Origin: an uncultured bacterium
GTDB taxonomy: Bacteria; Gemmatimonadota; Gemmatimonadetes; Palauibacterales; Palauibacteraceae
Direction: 5' to 3'
NCBI GenBank assembly: GCA_965370685.1
Contig: CBDUVN010000001.1
Coordinates: forward strand, 67,763 to 122,905
Length of the DNA stretch: 55,143 nucleotides
The notes beneath the pieces are model-generated. The model ran no database searches and had not been told where the DNA came from. It was given only the letters and a program-made list of their open reading frames with translations. This document shows, piece by piece, positions 39,571-49,117 of the stretch (the first letter of the stretch is position 1; the number at the start of each line of letters is the position of its first letter). A program made the position numbers and the translations under genes.

Positions 39571-40020
39571 TCAGTCTTCAGCGACGACCCAGACGCTGAC
39601 CTCCGGCTGAACTTCCGCATGAAGCCGGATCGGGACCTTGTACACACCCAACTGCTTGATCGGCTCGGCAAGTCTCAGGATATGCCGATCGATCTCAATG
39701 CCCTGCTCGGCCAGGCGACTGGCGATATCGGTCGAAGTCACCGATCCGAACAACCGCCCTTCCTCGCCGGCCTTGACCTTGAACGTGACCGACACTCCGG
39801 CCAGTCGCTCCGCCACCTTCTCAGCCCGGTCGCGGTCGCGCATCGAGCGCTTCACGAGGTGTTCCCGTTCTTCCTCGTGCCGCCTGAGGTTCGCGGCGGT
39901 TGCTTCGTACGCAAACCCCTGCGGAAGCAGGTAGTTCCGTGCGTAACCGGGCTTCACATCCACGATCTCGCCGAGCTCGCCCAGGTCTTCGATGTCCTGT
40001 CGCAGGATGATCCGAACCAT
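39571..40020 (-). CDS. rplI: 50S ribosomal protein L9
   Basis: VKPGYARNYLLPQG, GRLFGSVT, PIKQLG. Confidence 0.98.
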   Translation of the reverse strand: MVRIILRQDIEDLGELGEIVDVKPGYARNYLLPQGFAYEATAANLRRHEEEREHLVKRSMRDRDRAEKVAERLAGVSVTFKVKAGEEGRLFGSVTSTDIASRLAEQGIEIDRHILRLAEPIKQLGVYKVPIRLHAEVQPEVSVWVVAED

Positions 40021-40060
40021 TCGTTTCCGTCCTTCGATATCTGTTTGTCGCGGGTCGCCT

Positions 40061-41026
40061 TCAGCGCCCCGGCCGATCCGCCAGCCTGGCGGCGAGTCTG
40101 TCGCGAAGGTGCCACCAGGTGTCCCCGACTCCGAGCACCAGTGCCGCTCCGAATACGAACGGATAGGCCAACACCGTGCCGACCGCCAGAAACACCCAGG
40201 TCCATCCGGACGTCGCCGCAGCGGTCGCGATCCACGCCAGTATCGCCCCGCCTCGTGCCAGGTACAGCGCCACCATGAACAACGTCGCGTTCTCCCCGAC
40301 GCGGAATGCGCTGCCCCCGAGTGGCAGCACGAGGAGCATCAGGCCCGCGACCAGAATCCAGATGAGCTCGTCACGAAAGCTGAACTCCCGCACGGCCGGC
40401 GGACGCTCGTAGTCCTCTCCGTGCCTGCCGGCGAAATACCAGCCGACCGCGAGCGCCGCCATGGTCGCGAGGGCGAGCAGCGCGGGATACACGTCGTGCT
40501 GAAACACCGCCCACGTTTCGATCGCGGCGCGGACCGATTCTCCGATCGAGCTGGAGGAGGCTTCCGGGTCCGCCGCCAGAATCGCGTACGCCGTGGTCGC
40601 GGCCTCGCGAATCTGAATCTCCATCCAGCCGTCGAGCGCCCTGCCGAAGCCCGGCCGCAACACCGCCGTCAACGCAATGGCCGTCGTGGCCAACGTCACA
40701 GTGCCGAGGCCGCGATCGAACAGTCCTCTCGGCCTGCGCACCACCGTGAGCGCGACGAACAGCCCTCCCGTCAGCAGACACCAGCCGCGCTGCATGAACC
40801 AGCCCGAATCCGTACCGAGCGGCCCCGCCCGGAATACCAGCACGAGCAGCATCACCGCAGTGGCCAGTCCGAACAACTCTCGTGGTCGGAATGCCACGAG
40901 CAACAGGGCGAACGGCACTGCCAGCAACGGAAACGGTCGAATTGGTGACACCAGGACGGCCACCGCGACCAGAGACGCGATCGGCGCCAGTGAGTCTCGA
41001 AGCCGGTTCGTGCCGGCCTCAGTCAC
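40061..41026 (-). CDS. DUF2232/YybS-like membrane protein
   Basis: Polytopic hydrophobic protein in the usual rpsR-rplI slot; C-terminal LGVGDTWWHLR. Confidence 0.78.
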   Translation of the reverse strand: MTEAGTNRLRDSLAPIASLVAVAVLVSPIRPFPLLAVPFALLLVAFRPRELFGLATAVMLLVLVFRAGPLGTDSGWFMQRGWCLLTGGLFVALTVVRRPRGLFDRGLGTVTLATTAIALTAVLRPGFGRALDGWMEIQIREAATTAYAILAADPEASSSSIGESVRAAIETWAVFQHDVYPALLALATMAALAVGWYFAGRHGEDYERPPAVREFSFRDELIWILVAGLMLLVLPLGGSAFRVGENATLFMVALYLARGGAILAWIATAAATSGWTWVFLAVGTVLAYPFVFGAALVLGVGDTWWHLRDRLAARLADRPGR

Positions 41027-41063
41027 CTGTCCGACATCCGTCCGAACGGCACCGGACGATCCG

Positions 41064-41282
41064 TCAGCCGTAATAGCCCTGAATGTACGGGACCAGTGCC
41101 AGGAAACGCGCTCGCTTGATCGCCGTTCCCAACTGCCGCTGGTGCCGGGCGCAGTTCCCCGTCGCCCGCCGCGGCAGGATCTTGCCCCGATCTGTCAGAT
41201 ACCGCTCCAGCACACCGGCATCCTTGTAGTCGATCCTTGCCACGCTCTTCTCGCAGAATCTGCAGACCTTTCGATAGGCCAT
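41064..41282 (-). CDS. rpsR: 30S ribosomal protein S18 (zinc-binding form)
   Basis: [38 protein letters not shown]; ATG 41282. Confidence 0.98.
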   Translation of the reverse strand: MAYRKVCRFCEKSVARIDYKDAGVLERYLTDRGKILPRRATGNCARHQRQLGTAIKRARFLALVPYIQGYYG

Positions 41283-41286
41283 CGTC

Positions 41287-41973
41287 TCAGTCCTTTTCCT
41301 CGTCGTCCGTATCTTCGTCGCCCTCGGCGCCCGCATCGTCGTCCCCGGCTTCGTCGTCGCCCTCGGCGCCCGCGCCGTCGTCCCCGCCCTCGTCGCCGGC
41401 CTCGGCGCCCGCGTCGTCGTCCCCGGCCTCGTCGTCGCCCTCGGCCTCGGCGCCCGCGTCGTCGTCCCCGGCTTCGTCGTCGCCCTCGGCACCCGCGTCG
41501 TCTCCGGCCCCGGCGTCCGTATCATCGTCGCTGTCGGCACCGGCCTCTTCGTCGGCCGCCTCGGTGCCACTCGCCCCGTCGTCTTTCTCGACACGGCGAC
41601 GTTCGTCGTCCTCGTCGCCGTGTCCTTTGCGGCGACGATCGCCGTTCTCGTCGTCATCCTGCAGGGAAATCGGAACTGGAAGCTCGCCCTCGCTGAGCAC
41701 AACAAGGTGCCGAAGAACCTCGTCATCCAGTTTCAGCAAACGCTCGAACTCGGGCAGCGCACCGGGCTCGGTGCTGAACTGTGCAACGACGTAATAGCCG
41801 TTCTCGTGACGGTCGATCGGGTAGGCCAGCTGACGCTTGCCCCAGTGCTCCACCGCCGTGATCTCGCTGCCCTCGATGACGAGGATTTTTTCGTGGTAGC
41901 GCTGAAGTCGGGCATCGATGTCCTCGGTGCCCAGCGCAGATTTGAAGATGTACACGACCTCGTAGTCGCGCAT
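41287..41973 (-). CDS. rpsF: 30S ribosomal protein S6 with long acidic C-terminal tail
   Basis: [29 protein letters not shown]; GGAGG RBS. Confidence 0.97.
   Translation of the reverse strand: MRDYEVVYIFKSALGTEDIDARLQRYHEKILVIEGSEITAVEHWGKRQLAYPIDRHENGYYVVAQFSTEPGALPEFERLLKLDDEVLRHLVVLSEGELPVPISLQDDDENGDRRRKGHGDEDDERRRVEKDDGASGTEAADEEAGADSDDDTDAGAGDDAGAEGDDEAGDDDAGAEAEGDDEAGDDDAGAEAGDEGGDDGAGAEGDDEAGDDDAGAEGDEDTDDEEKD
41310..41510 (-). repeat. Imperfect tandem repeat (units of about 39-45 bp) encoding [13 protein letters not shown] in the S6 tail
   Basis: Three near-identical [14 protein letters not shown] copies plus degenerate copies. Confidence 0.85.
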
Positions 41974-42030
41974 AGTCCCTCCCTCGGTCTAGTTCGGCCC
42001 CGGATGCGCACACCCGTGGCAGGAGTGATC
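41974..42030 (-). promoter_or_regulatory. S6:S18 ribosomal protein leader (rpsF autoregulatory RNA)
   Basis: Minus strand ACTCCTGCC-hairpin-GGGCCG...GACC-GAGGGAGG, with CTCCT able to pair with the SD; matches the described architecture. Confidence 0.75.
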
Positions 42031-42119
42031 CTTCGTTCAGTCTGTATTCCTGTATTCCCGCTTCCGTGTGCCTTCAGACCGGACGCGACCCGGCGTGATT
42101 ACTGCGCGCCGGGCCGCCG

Positions 42120-42148
42120 AAAGTATGCCGGTCGGCCGCTATGCTCAA
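42120..42148 (-). promoter_or_regulatory. Sigma70-type promoter of the rpsF operon
   Basis: TTGAGC-N17-TACTTT. Confidence 0.65.
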
Positions 42149-42164
42149 GCGAGAGCTTCACCAA

Positions 42165-44288
42165 TCAGTTGAGAAACGGAATCCAGGTCGCCAGCTGCTG
42201 CACCGTTTCGCCGACTCGCTCGGACGTCTGGATCCCGTGCACGCGTGCAAACCACGGGGCGAGCACGAGCGACACGACGGCGATCAACTTGATCACGATG
42301 TTCATCGAGGGACCCGACGTGTCCTTGAACGGATCCCCGACCGTGTCTCCGACTACGGCAGCTTTGTGCTGTTCCGACCCCTTACCACCGTGTGCGCCAC
42401 CTTCGATGTACTTTTTCGCGTTATCCCAGGCGCCACCGGCGTTGGCCATGAACAAGGCGAGCATAACGCCACTGAGAGTCGCACCCGCAAGCACCCCGCC
42501 CAGCGCTTCCACGCCGAGGAATCGTCCGACCAGGACCGGAACGAGGATCGCAACGAGTCCCGGGATCACCATTTCCCTCAGTGCCGCGCGGGTCGAAATG
42601 TCGACGCATCGTGCGGAATCCGGCTTGGCAGTGCCCTCCATCAGCCCGGGGATCTCACGGAACTGCCTGCGAACCTCGGCCACCATGCCGGCGGCCGCTC
42701 GGCCGACCGCAGTCATGGTCAGCGAGGCGATGAAGAACGGAGTCATGCCACCGATGAACAGGCCGATCACGACGAAGGGGTTCACGATGTTGATTCCGGT
42801 CACGGTCAGACCCACCGCGTTGGCGTATGCCGAGAACAGGGCGAGTGCCGTGAGCGCCGCTGACCCGATGGCGAATCCCTTGCCGATCGCCGCAGTCGTG
42901 TTGCCGAGCGCATCCAGACTGTCCGTAATCTCGCGGACCTCGGGACCCAGCCCACTCATTTCGCTGATCCCACCCGCATTGTCAGCGATCGGTCCGTAGG
43001 CGTCCACGGTCATCGTCACGCCCACGGTCGCCAGCATGCCGACGGCAGCGATCCCGATTCCGTACAGCCCGGCAAACTGGAAGGAGAGGAAGATCGCGAC
43101 ACAGATCAGGAGCACCGGTATGGCGACCGATTCCAGCCCGACGGCGAGTCCCGTGATGATGTTCGTCGCCGCACCTGTCTCTGAAGCACGAGCGATCGCT
43201 TTTACCGGCCGGCCGGCTGTGTAGTACTCCGTAACCAGTCCGATCGCGATCCCCACGAGGGAACCGGACAGCATGGCCCAGAACGGTCCCGCCGCCGGGT
43301 TGAGCCAGCTCCAGTATGAGCCACCCGAGCCACCCAGGACGTCGAGCTGCACGGTAATGAACCACGCCCCGACCCAGAACAGGATCGCCCCGACAAACGT
43401 CGTGTTCCGCAACGCCGCCGCCGGGCTCATCTTCTCGAGAATCCGCATCGACAGGATCCCGATCACACTCGCTACGAGCCCGACCATTGCGTAAAGGATG
43501 GGCAGCGAAGCGGCAGCGAATCGCTTGTCCGGCAGGATCACGAACGAGGTGACGCCCAGGACGATCGTCGCGACCACCGATCCGACATACGACTCGAAAA
43601 TGTCGGCCCCCATGCCCGCCACGTCGCCGACGTTGTCTCCCACGAGGTCTGCGATCGTAGCCGGATTCCTCGGGTCATCTTCCGGAATTCCGGCTTCCAC
43701 CTTGCCGACGAGGTCGGCTCCCACATCGGCGGCCTTGGTGAAAATGCCGCCGCCGATCCTGGCGAACAGGGCGATGGACGAAGCTCCCATCGCGAATCCG
43801 GAGACGATTTCGCCGAATTCACGAAGTCCCACAGTCTCAGGTCGGAACATCATGTAGACAGCACCAAGCCCGGCCAGCCCGAGACTCGCAACCGCAAGCC
43901 CCATTACGGCGCCGCCGCTGAACGCGATGCGCAGCGCCTTCGCCTGGCCCGAAGAGCGGGCGGCTTCGGTCGTCCTGACGTTGGCCAATGTGGCCGCCCG
44001 CATGCCGATGAAGCCGGCCACGATGGAGCAGAACGCGCCGAACACGTACGCCGCCGCCGTCTGACCACCGATGAGCCACCACAGCATCACGGCAACGAAG
44101 CCGACGAATGGCAGCAGCACCGAGTACTCCCGACGCAGGAAGGCCATCGCGCCCGATTGGATCGCTTCTGCCAACTCCGTCATCAGTTCGTTGCCCGACG
44201 GCTGACTTCGCACATACGCGAACATCGCGAGGGCGATCATGAGTCCGCCCAGCCCCAACCAGAGGGCCCACTCTATCCAGTGCTCCAC
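42165..44288 (-). CDS. hppA: Membrane-bound ion-translocating pyrophosphatase, K+-dependent (probably Na+)
   Basis: [64 protein letters not shown]. Confidence 0.96.
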   Translation of the reverse strand: MEHWIEWALWLGLGGLMIALAMFAYVRSQPSGNELMTELAEAIQSGAMAFLRREYSVLLPFVGFVAVMLWWLIGGQTAAAYVFGAFCSIVAGFIGMRAATLANVRTTEAARSSGQAKALRIAFSGGAVMGLAVASLGLAGLGAVYMMFRPETVGLREFGEIVSGFAMGASSIALFARIGGGIFTKAADVGADLVGKVEAGIPEDDPRNPATIADLVGDNVGDVAGMGADIFESYVGSVVATIVLGVTSFVILPDKRFAAASLPILYAMVGLVASVIGILSMRILEKMSPAAALRNTTFVGAILFWVGAWFITVQLDVLGGSGGSYWSWLNPAAGPFWAMLSGSLVGIAIGLVTEYYTAGRPVKAIARASETGAATNIITGLAVGLESVAIPVLLICVAIFLSFQFAGLYGIGIAAVGMLATVGVTMTVDAYGPIADNAGGISEMSGLGPEVREITDSLDALGNTTAAIGKGFAIGSAALTALALFSAYANAVGLTVTGINIVNPFVVIGLFIGGMTPFFIASLTMTAVGRAAAGMVAEVRRQFREIPGLMEGTAKPDSARCVDISTRAALREMVIPGLVAILVPVLVGRFLGVEALGGVLAGATLSGVMLALFMANAGGAWDNAKKYIEGGAHGGKGSEQHKAAVVGDTVGDPFKDTSGPSMNIVIKLIAVVSLVLAPWFARVHGIQTSERVGETVQQLATWIPFLN

Positions 44289-44340
44289 GGGACGTTCTCC
44301 CCTGTGTAGTTCCTGATCTCGCGGTTCCGCCGGGTCGCCG

Positions 44341-44910
44341 TTACGACCGGTTGAACCGGTTCATCGCGATCTCCGTTCCGTCCGACAACCAGCACTCCAC
44401 CGCCTCCGACATCCGGTCGAAAGCCGTGAGCACCGTCTCCTCCTCGTCCTGTCCGGGAGGCGCCAGCACCCAATCCGCGCGGTCCACGTCACGATCCTCC
44501 GGTGCTCCGACACCGACCCTCAGGCGCGCGTACTCCTGCGAGCGAAGCGCTCCCTCGATCGAGAGAAGACCGTTGTGACCACCGGCCGAACCGGATGCCC
44601 GCAACCGGAATCTTCCCGGCGTCAGATCCACGTCATCCACGAGAACCAGCAGATCACTCGCCGGACGGAAACCTTCGTGGTCCCGGAATCGCCGCAGGAC
44701 TCGCCCGCTCCGATTCATGTAAGTCAGGGGCTTGACCAGCAGAACGTCTTTGCCGGCTACAGCCCCCCCGGTCTCCGCCACGGAACCCTGTCTCCAAAAC
44801 GGATCGAAAGACCACCGGACCACCAGGTGGTCTGCCAGCCACCAACCCGCATTGTGTCGGGTATCGCGGTAACGCTCGCCCGGGTTTCCCAGGGCGATCA
44901 GCAGCTTCAC
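44341..44910 (-). CDS. pth: Peptidyl-tRNA hydrolase
   Basis: [34 protein letters not shown]; start GTG 44910 (ATG 44949 possible). Confidence 0.96.
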   Translation of the reverse strand: MKLLIALGNPGERYRDTRHNAGWWLADHLVVRWSFDPFWRQGSVAETGGAVAGKDVLLVKPLTYMNRSGRVLRRFRDHEGFRPASDLLVLVDDVDLTPGRFRLRASGSAGGHNGLLSIEGALRSQEYARLRVGVGAPEDRDVDRADWVLAPPGQDEEETVLTAFDRMSEAVECWLSDGTEIAMNRFNRS

Positions 44911-44935
44911 GAGTACACCGGACCGGGACGGGGAC

Positions 44936-45607
44936 TCAGTCCTGGCCATCCTCCTCGGAATCGTCTTCGCCGCGCGCCGTAATGACCTCCGGCTCGGCAT
45001 CCTCGTCGGCCTCGACCTCGAGCTCCTCTTCCTCTACCTCTTCAACGACCCTCGGCGCCGCGACCGTGCAGATCGTGCGACCCGAATCTTCCAGGATGTC
45101 GAGCCCTCCGGCATCCACATCGTCGATGCGGAGAGCATCACCAATTTCGAGCTCGGAGATGTCGACCTCGAAGGAGGGCGGAATCTCGGACGGAAGACAC
45201 TCGATCTCGAGTTCGTGTCGGATCTGCTGCAGGGTGCCACCGTTCCGGACGCCGATCGGCGTGCCGACCAGGTTCAGAGGCACGTTGACCTTCAGTTTTT
45301 CTCCGGCGCGGATCTCGTAGAAATCCACATGGAGGAAGTCCGGACGAACCGGGTGACGCTGAATCTCCCGAATCAGCACTCGTCGCGGGGCGTCATTGTC
45401 GACTGACAGCTCCACGATCGTATTCTCGACGGAGATCGCGCTCACGAGTGCAGCGAACTCCCGCTCATCCGCCTTGACCGAGATCGAGTCGAGACCACGC
45501 CCGTACAGATTACCGGGAATCGAACCCTCGCGGCGGAGCTGCCGGGCGGCTCCCTTCCCGCGCCCGTCGCGCGTCTCGACCTTCAATGTTGCCTGTTTCG
45601 TCATCAT
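44936..45607 (-). CDS. rplY: 50S ribosomal protein L25/Ctc
   Basis: GKGAARQLRREG, IPGNLYG, QRHPV, HVDFY, acidic tail with EPEVI. Confidence 0.96.
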   Translation of the reverse strand: MMTKQATLKVETRDGRGKGAARQLRREGSIPGNLYGRGLDSISVKADEREFAALVSAISVENTIVELSVDNDAPRRVLIREIQRHPVRPDFLHVDFYEIRAGEKLKVNVPLNLVGTPIGVRNGGTLQQIRHELEIECLPSEIPPSFEVDISELEIGDALRIDDVDAGGLDILEDSGRTICTVAAPRVVEEVEEEELEVEADEDAEPEVITARGEDDSEEDGQD

Positions 45608-45656
45608 TCCGCCTCTTCGCCCCGGCCGCTCTCTCGCGTCGGACCCTGCCGGGCCC

Positions 45657-46622
45657 TCAGTCGAACAGCTTGCTCACCGAGCGATTGTAGTGCGTGCTTT
45701 CTATGGCGCGCGCCAGCAGCGGCGCGACCGAAACTTCCACCAGATTCGGAAGCGACATGCGCTTCTCGTCCGAGATCGCGACCGTGTCCGTAACCGCGAT
45801 CTCCAGGATATCCGCCCCGCCCAGGCGCTCTACCGCCGGACCCGACAGAAGAGCATGCGTCGCGATGCAGTAAACTTCAGTCGCACCGCGTTCGTGCAGG
45901 GCCTCGACCGCGTTCACCATCGTGCCCGCAGTATCGACCATGTCGTCGGGAATAAGACACCTTCGTCCCCGAACCTCTCCCACGACGTTGACCACTTCCG
46001 CGACATTCGGCCCGGAGCGGCGCTTATCGATGATCGCGAGTCCGGCTCCCATTCGCTTCGCGTATCCGCGAGCCATCTTCGCCGCGCCGACATCCGTGGC
46101 CACGACGACGAAGTCATCCATCTCCTTCTCCGTGGAGCGGTAATGCTCCATGAACACCGGAGAGGCGTACAGGTGGTCCACCGGAATGTCAAAGAACCCC
46201 TGCAACTGGTGCTGATGAAGATCGATCGTGATCAGCCGGTCGGTGCCGGCCGCCACGATCAGGTTCGCCATCAGCTTCGCCGCGATCGATACGCGCGGCT
46301 GGTCCTTCCGGTCCTGCCTGGCATATCCGAAGTACGGCACGACGGCCGTCACCCGCGCGGCTGATGCTCGCTTGGCCGCGTCGATCAACAGCAACAACTC
46401 GAGCGTGTTCTCGGCCGGCGGGTTCGTCGGCTGAATCACGAACACGTCCCGTCCGCGGACGTTTTCATCGATACGGACGAAGATCTCCCCGTCCGCGAAT
46501 CTCTTCACCGTCACATCACACAGCGGCTGGCCAAGCTCCTCGGCAATCCCCTCCGCGAGAGCGGGATTCGCCGTTCCGGTCAGCACCATCATGGGCGTTC
46601 CGGTCGCCGATACTTCGGTCAT
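45657..46622 (-). CDS. prs: Ribose-phosphate pyrophosphokinase
   Basis: FADGE, PYFGYARQDRK, DLH, DDMVDTAGT, SVSKLF. Confidence 0.98.
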   Translation of the reverse strand: MTEVSATGTPMMVLTGTANPALAEGIAEELGQPLCDVTVKRFADGEIFVRIDENVRGRDVFVIQPTNPPAENTLELLLLIDAAKRASAARVTAVVPYFGYARQDRKDQPRVSIAAKLMANLIVAAGTDRLITIDLHQHQLQGFFDIPVDHLYASPVFMEHYRSTEKEMDDFVVVATDVGAAKMARGYAKRMGAGLAIIDKRRSGPNVAEVVNVVGEVRGRRCLIPDDMVDTAGTMVNAVEALHERGATEVYCIATHALLSGPAVERLGGADILEIAVTDTVAISDEKRMSLPNLVEVSVAPLLARAIESTHYNRSVSKLFD

Positions 46623-46676
46623 GGATCCGTGTCGCTCCCTCGCTTCGGGCCAGCTGCGCTCGGAATACAGCCGGGC

Positions 46677-46705
46677 ATTTTACTTATCCTCCGCGGGACC
46701 GTCAA
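46677..46705 (-). promoter_or_regulatory. Sigma70-type promoter for prs-rplY-pth inside the mscS 3' end
   Basis: TTGACG-N17-TAAAAT; the -10 box includes the mscS stop codon. Confidence 0.7.
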
Positions 46706-47807
46706 CCGGGTCGGCGATCCGTTGTCCGACCGAGCTGCCGTCGGCCGGGAGGTCCGCCCCCACGGTTTCCAGGTATATGTGCTGAGTCGGATATGCGAAC
46801 TCGATCCCCTCCGCCGCGAAGCGCTGCATCAGCTCGAGGTTCACGGTCTGCTGTATATCCATGTAGGCTTTATAATCCGGGACGGTCATGTAGAACACCG
46901 TTTCGAAGATGAGCGCGGAGTCCCCGAACTCTTTGAAGTGGGAGCGATCGAACCGGGTCAGGTCATGACTCTCGATCGCCGCCCTGATCATGCCCGGGAT
47001 CGTTTCGACGACCCCCGGTGGAGTCCCGTAGACGACGCCGATCTGGAACTTGATTCGTCGCTCCTCCATCCTGCCGTAATTCCGGATTCGGCTCTGCAGA
47101 AGATCCTTGTTCGAGAACACCAGCTGTTCGCCGGTAATGCTCGTGAGGCGAGTCGAGTTCAACCCGATCGACTCGACGGTACCGCTGAGATCGTCAACTG
47201 CGAGGAAGTCACCGATCACGAACGGCTTGTCCAGGAGAATCGACAACGAAGCGAACAGGTCGCCAAGAATGCTCTGGATGGCCAGGGCCACCGCGATCCC
47301 GCCGATGCCGAGCCCTGCCACGAGAGCCGAGATATCGACCCCGAGGTTTTCGAGCAGCAGGAGGAGGACGACCGCCCACACGGCGACATTGATCGCGTAG
47401 TGCACGAAGCTGAATGTCGAGGCGGCCGCCGGGTCGTCGCCCCACTTCCGCTCCTTCCAGGACCTCAAAGCGACATCGAACCAGGCGACGGTCCAGAACC
47501 CGATCTGGATGAGGGCCGCGACGATCGCCAGGTTTCCCAACCACGCAGAGACTCGCTCCGGAAGACTGAGCGGCCGGGATGCCAGGAAGATGGCCACGAA
47601 GAGCAGCAGCACGGATTTCGTCGCCGCTGCGGCTGCCGCCAGGGCATCGTCCAGGCTGGTCTCCGTGCGGCGGGACAGGATTGCTGCCCGCCCGACCACC
47701 AGGCGACGAACCGTCGCGAAAGCCGCCGCGAAGGCGAGGAACAGAGCCGCGGAGATCAGCCACGTTTGAACTGAGTTTCCGAGCAACTCGGTATTCAGGA
47801 AGTCCAA
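46680..47807 (-). CDS. Small-conductance mechanosensitive channel family protein
   Basis: AGLGIGGIAVALAIQ, DKPFVIGD, GTVESIGL, GIEFAYPTQ; start TTG 47807 with GGAG. Confidence 0.93.
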   Translation of the reverse strand: MDFLNTELLGNSVQTWLISAALFLAFAAAFATVRRLVVGRAAILSRRTETSLDDALAAAAAATKSVLLLFVAIFLASRPLSLPERVSAWLGNLAIVAALIQIGFWTVAWFDVALRSWKERKWGDDPAAASTFSFVHYAINVAVWAVVLLLLLENLGVDISALVAGLGIGGIAVALAIQSILGDLFASLSILLDKPFVIGDFLAVDDLSGTVESIGLNSTRLTSITGEQLVFSNKDLLQSRIRNYGRMEERRIKFQIGVVYGTPPGVVETIPGMIRAAIESHDLTRFDRSHFKEFGDSALIFETVFYMTVPDYKAYMDIQQTVNLELMQRFAAEGIEFAYPTQHIYLETVGADLPADGSSVGQRIADPVDGPAEDK

Positions 47808-48130
47808 GATCGCACTCCGGCTTTGATAACGGGACAAGCGAGTGAAACGGCGACTCGCTCCACCGAAAAAGCACTTTTTCAATATCTGCAGAACCATGGT
47901 ACGCAGTGATTCCACGCCGGCCAATCTGCCGAGCCGCTTCCCCGGCGCAAGCGACGAAGCGATGGCCGGGCCGGAACCGGGTGCGTTGAAGGTCAGCGCA
48001 CCGCGAACGTACGTTGTCAACTCGTGAAGAAAGGCCCCGATCGGAGACCGAGAGCCGATGCAGTATCGCCTGTGCTGAATCACAAATATGCCCGTTCCTC
48101 GGGCTTAGTCGCCTTCGTCGCACCCGCCGC

Positions 48131-49117
48131 GTGAGCATTCGTCACACTTTCGCTGGCAATCCGCTCGATCGAGCGGCCGCGGCGCGGCGCGATCCCGGCT
48201 GGATTGCCGCGCGCCTGGAGGACCCGGATACGAAGTTCCTCCTGTTCCGGGGTCTTCGCCCTCTCCTTCGAGACACAAACCGGGGCCCGAGGATCGCATG
48301 GCTTCGCCGGGCCGATGCGGAGGGCAGTTGCGCCCTCGCCCCGAATGTCGAGCAGAAGGTGGTTCTCCTGGGGCTGGATGCGGACGGTATCGCGCACTTC
48401 GCGTTGTCCGACGACGACACAGTGAACGGGCTCGAAGTTCCCGACTCGGCAGAATTCCGGGACACGCGGACGTCAGCAGCGCTTCTCCCGGCAGCCGAAT
48501 CGGCAATCGTTGCCCAGGCCCGGTCGCTCGTATCGTGGCACGACAGCCATCCGTTCTGTGCCCGCTGCGGTGGAGTGACCGTATCCGTGGAGGCTGGCTA
48601 TTCCCGTCGCTGTGCACGGACTTCGTGTGGCGCGATGCACTTCCCCCGGACGGATCCCGTAGTGATCATGGTGGTCAGTCGGGGCGACAGGGCACTGCTG
48701 GGTCGCTCGGTGAGGGAACCGCGATACCCGGTTGGCCTGTTCTCATGTCTGGCGGGCTATGTCGAACCGGGCGAGTCCGTGGAAGAAGCGGTCAGGAGAG
48801 AAGTCCGGGAAGAAGCGGGCATCGAGATCGGTCGGGTCTGGTATCATTCTTCGCAACCGTGGCCGTTTCCGTCTACCCTGATGATCGGCTGTTTCGCGGA
48901 AGCCGTGTCAGATCAGATTCGCATCGACCCGGAAGAAGTGGAAGAAGTGCGCTGGTTCACCCGTCGGGAGGTGCGGACTGCACTCGAACGATGGAACGAA
49001 CCGGATGGTACTCGCCTTCCGCCGCCGATCACGGCCGCCCACCGCCTGATCGCTGACTGGCTGGAGAGCGATGTCATCGACGTGGGTACCAGCTCCGGGA
49101 GCGAGGTGAGCAGTTGA
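48131..49117 (+). CDS. nudC: NAD(H) pyrophosphatase NudC
   Basis: FCARCG...C...C zinc site, FPRTDP, Nudix box GYVEPGESVEEAVRREVREEAG, SQPWPFP; start GTG 48131. Confidence 0.95.
   Translation: MSIRHTFAGNPLDRAAAARRDPGWIAARLEDPDTKFLLFRGLRPLLRDTNRGPRIAWLRRADAEGSCALAPNVEQKVVLLGLDADGIAHFALSDDDTVNGLEVPDSAEFRDTRTSAALLPAAESAIVAQARSLVSWHDSHPFCARCGGVTVSVEAGYSRRCARTSCGAMHFPRTDPVVIMVVSRGDRALLGRSVREPRYPVGLFSCLAGYVEPGESVEEAVRREVREEAGIEIGRVWYHSSQPWPFPSTLMIGCFAEAVSDQIRIDPEEVEEVRWFTRREVRTALERWNEPDGTRLPPPITAAHRLIADWLESDVIDVGTSSGSEVSS

Noticed and set aside
41064-41726. 220-aa extended S18 ORF
   Set aside because: The extension is an alternate reading of the repetitive rpsF tail; the real start is ATG 41282
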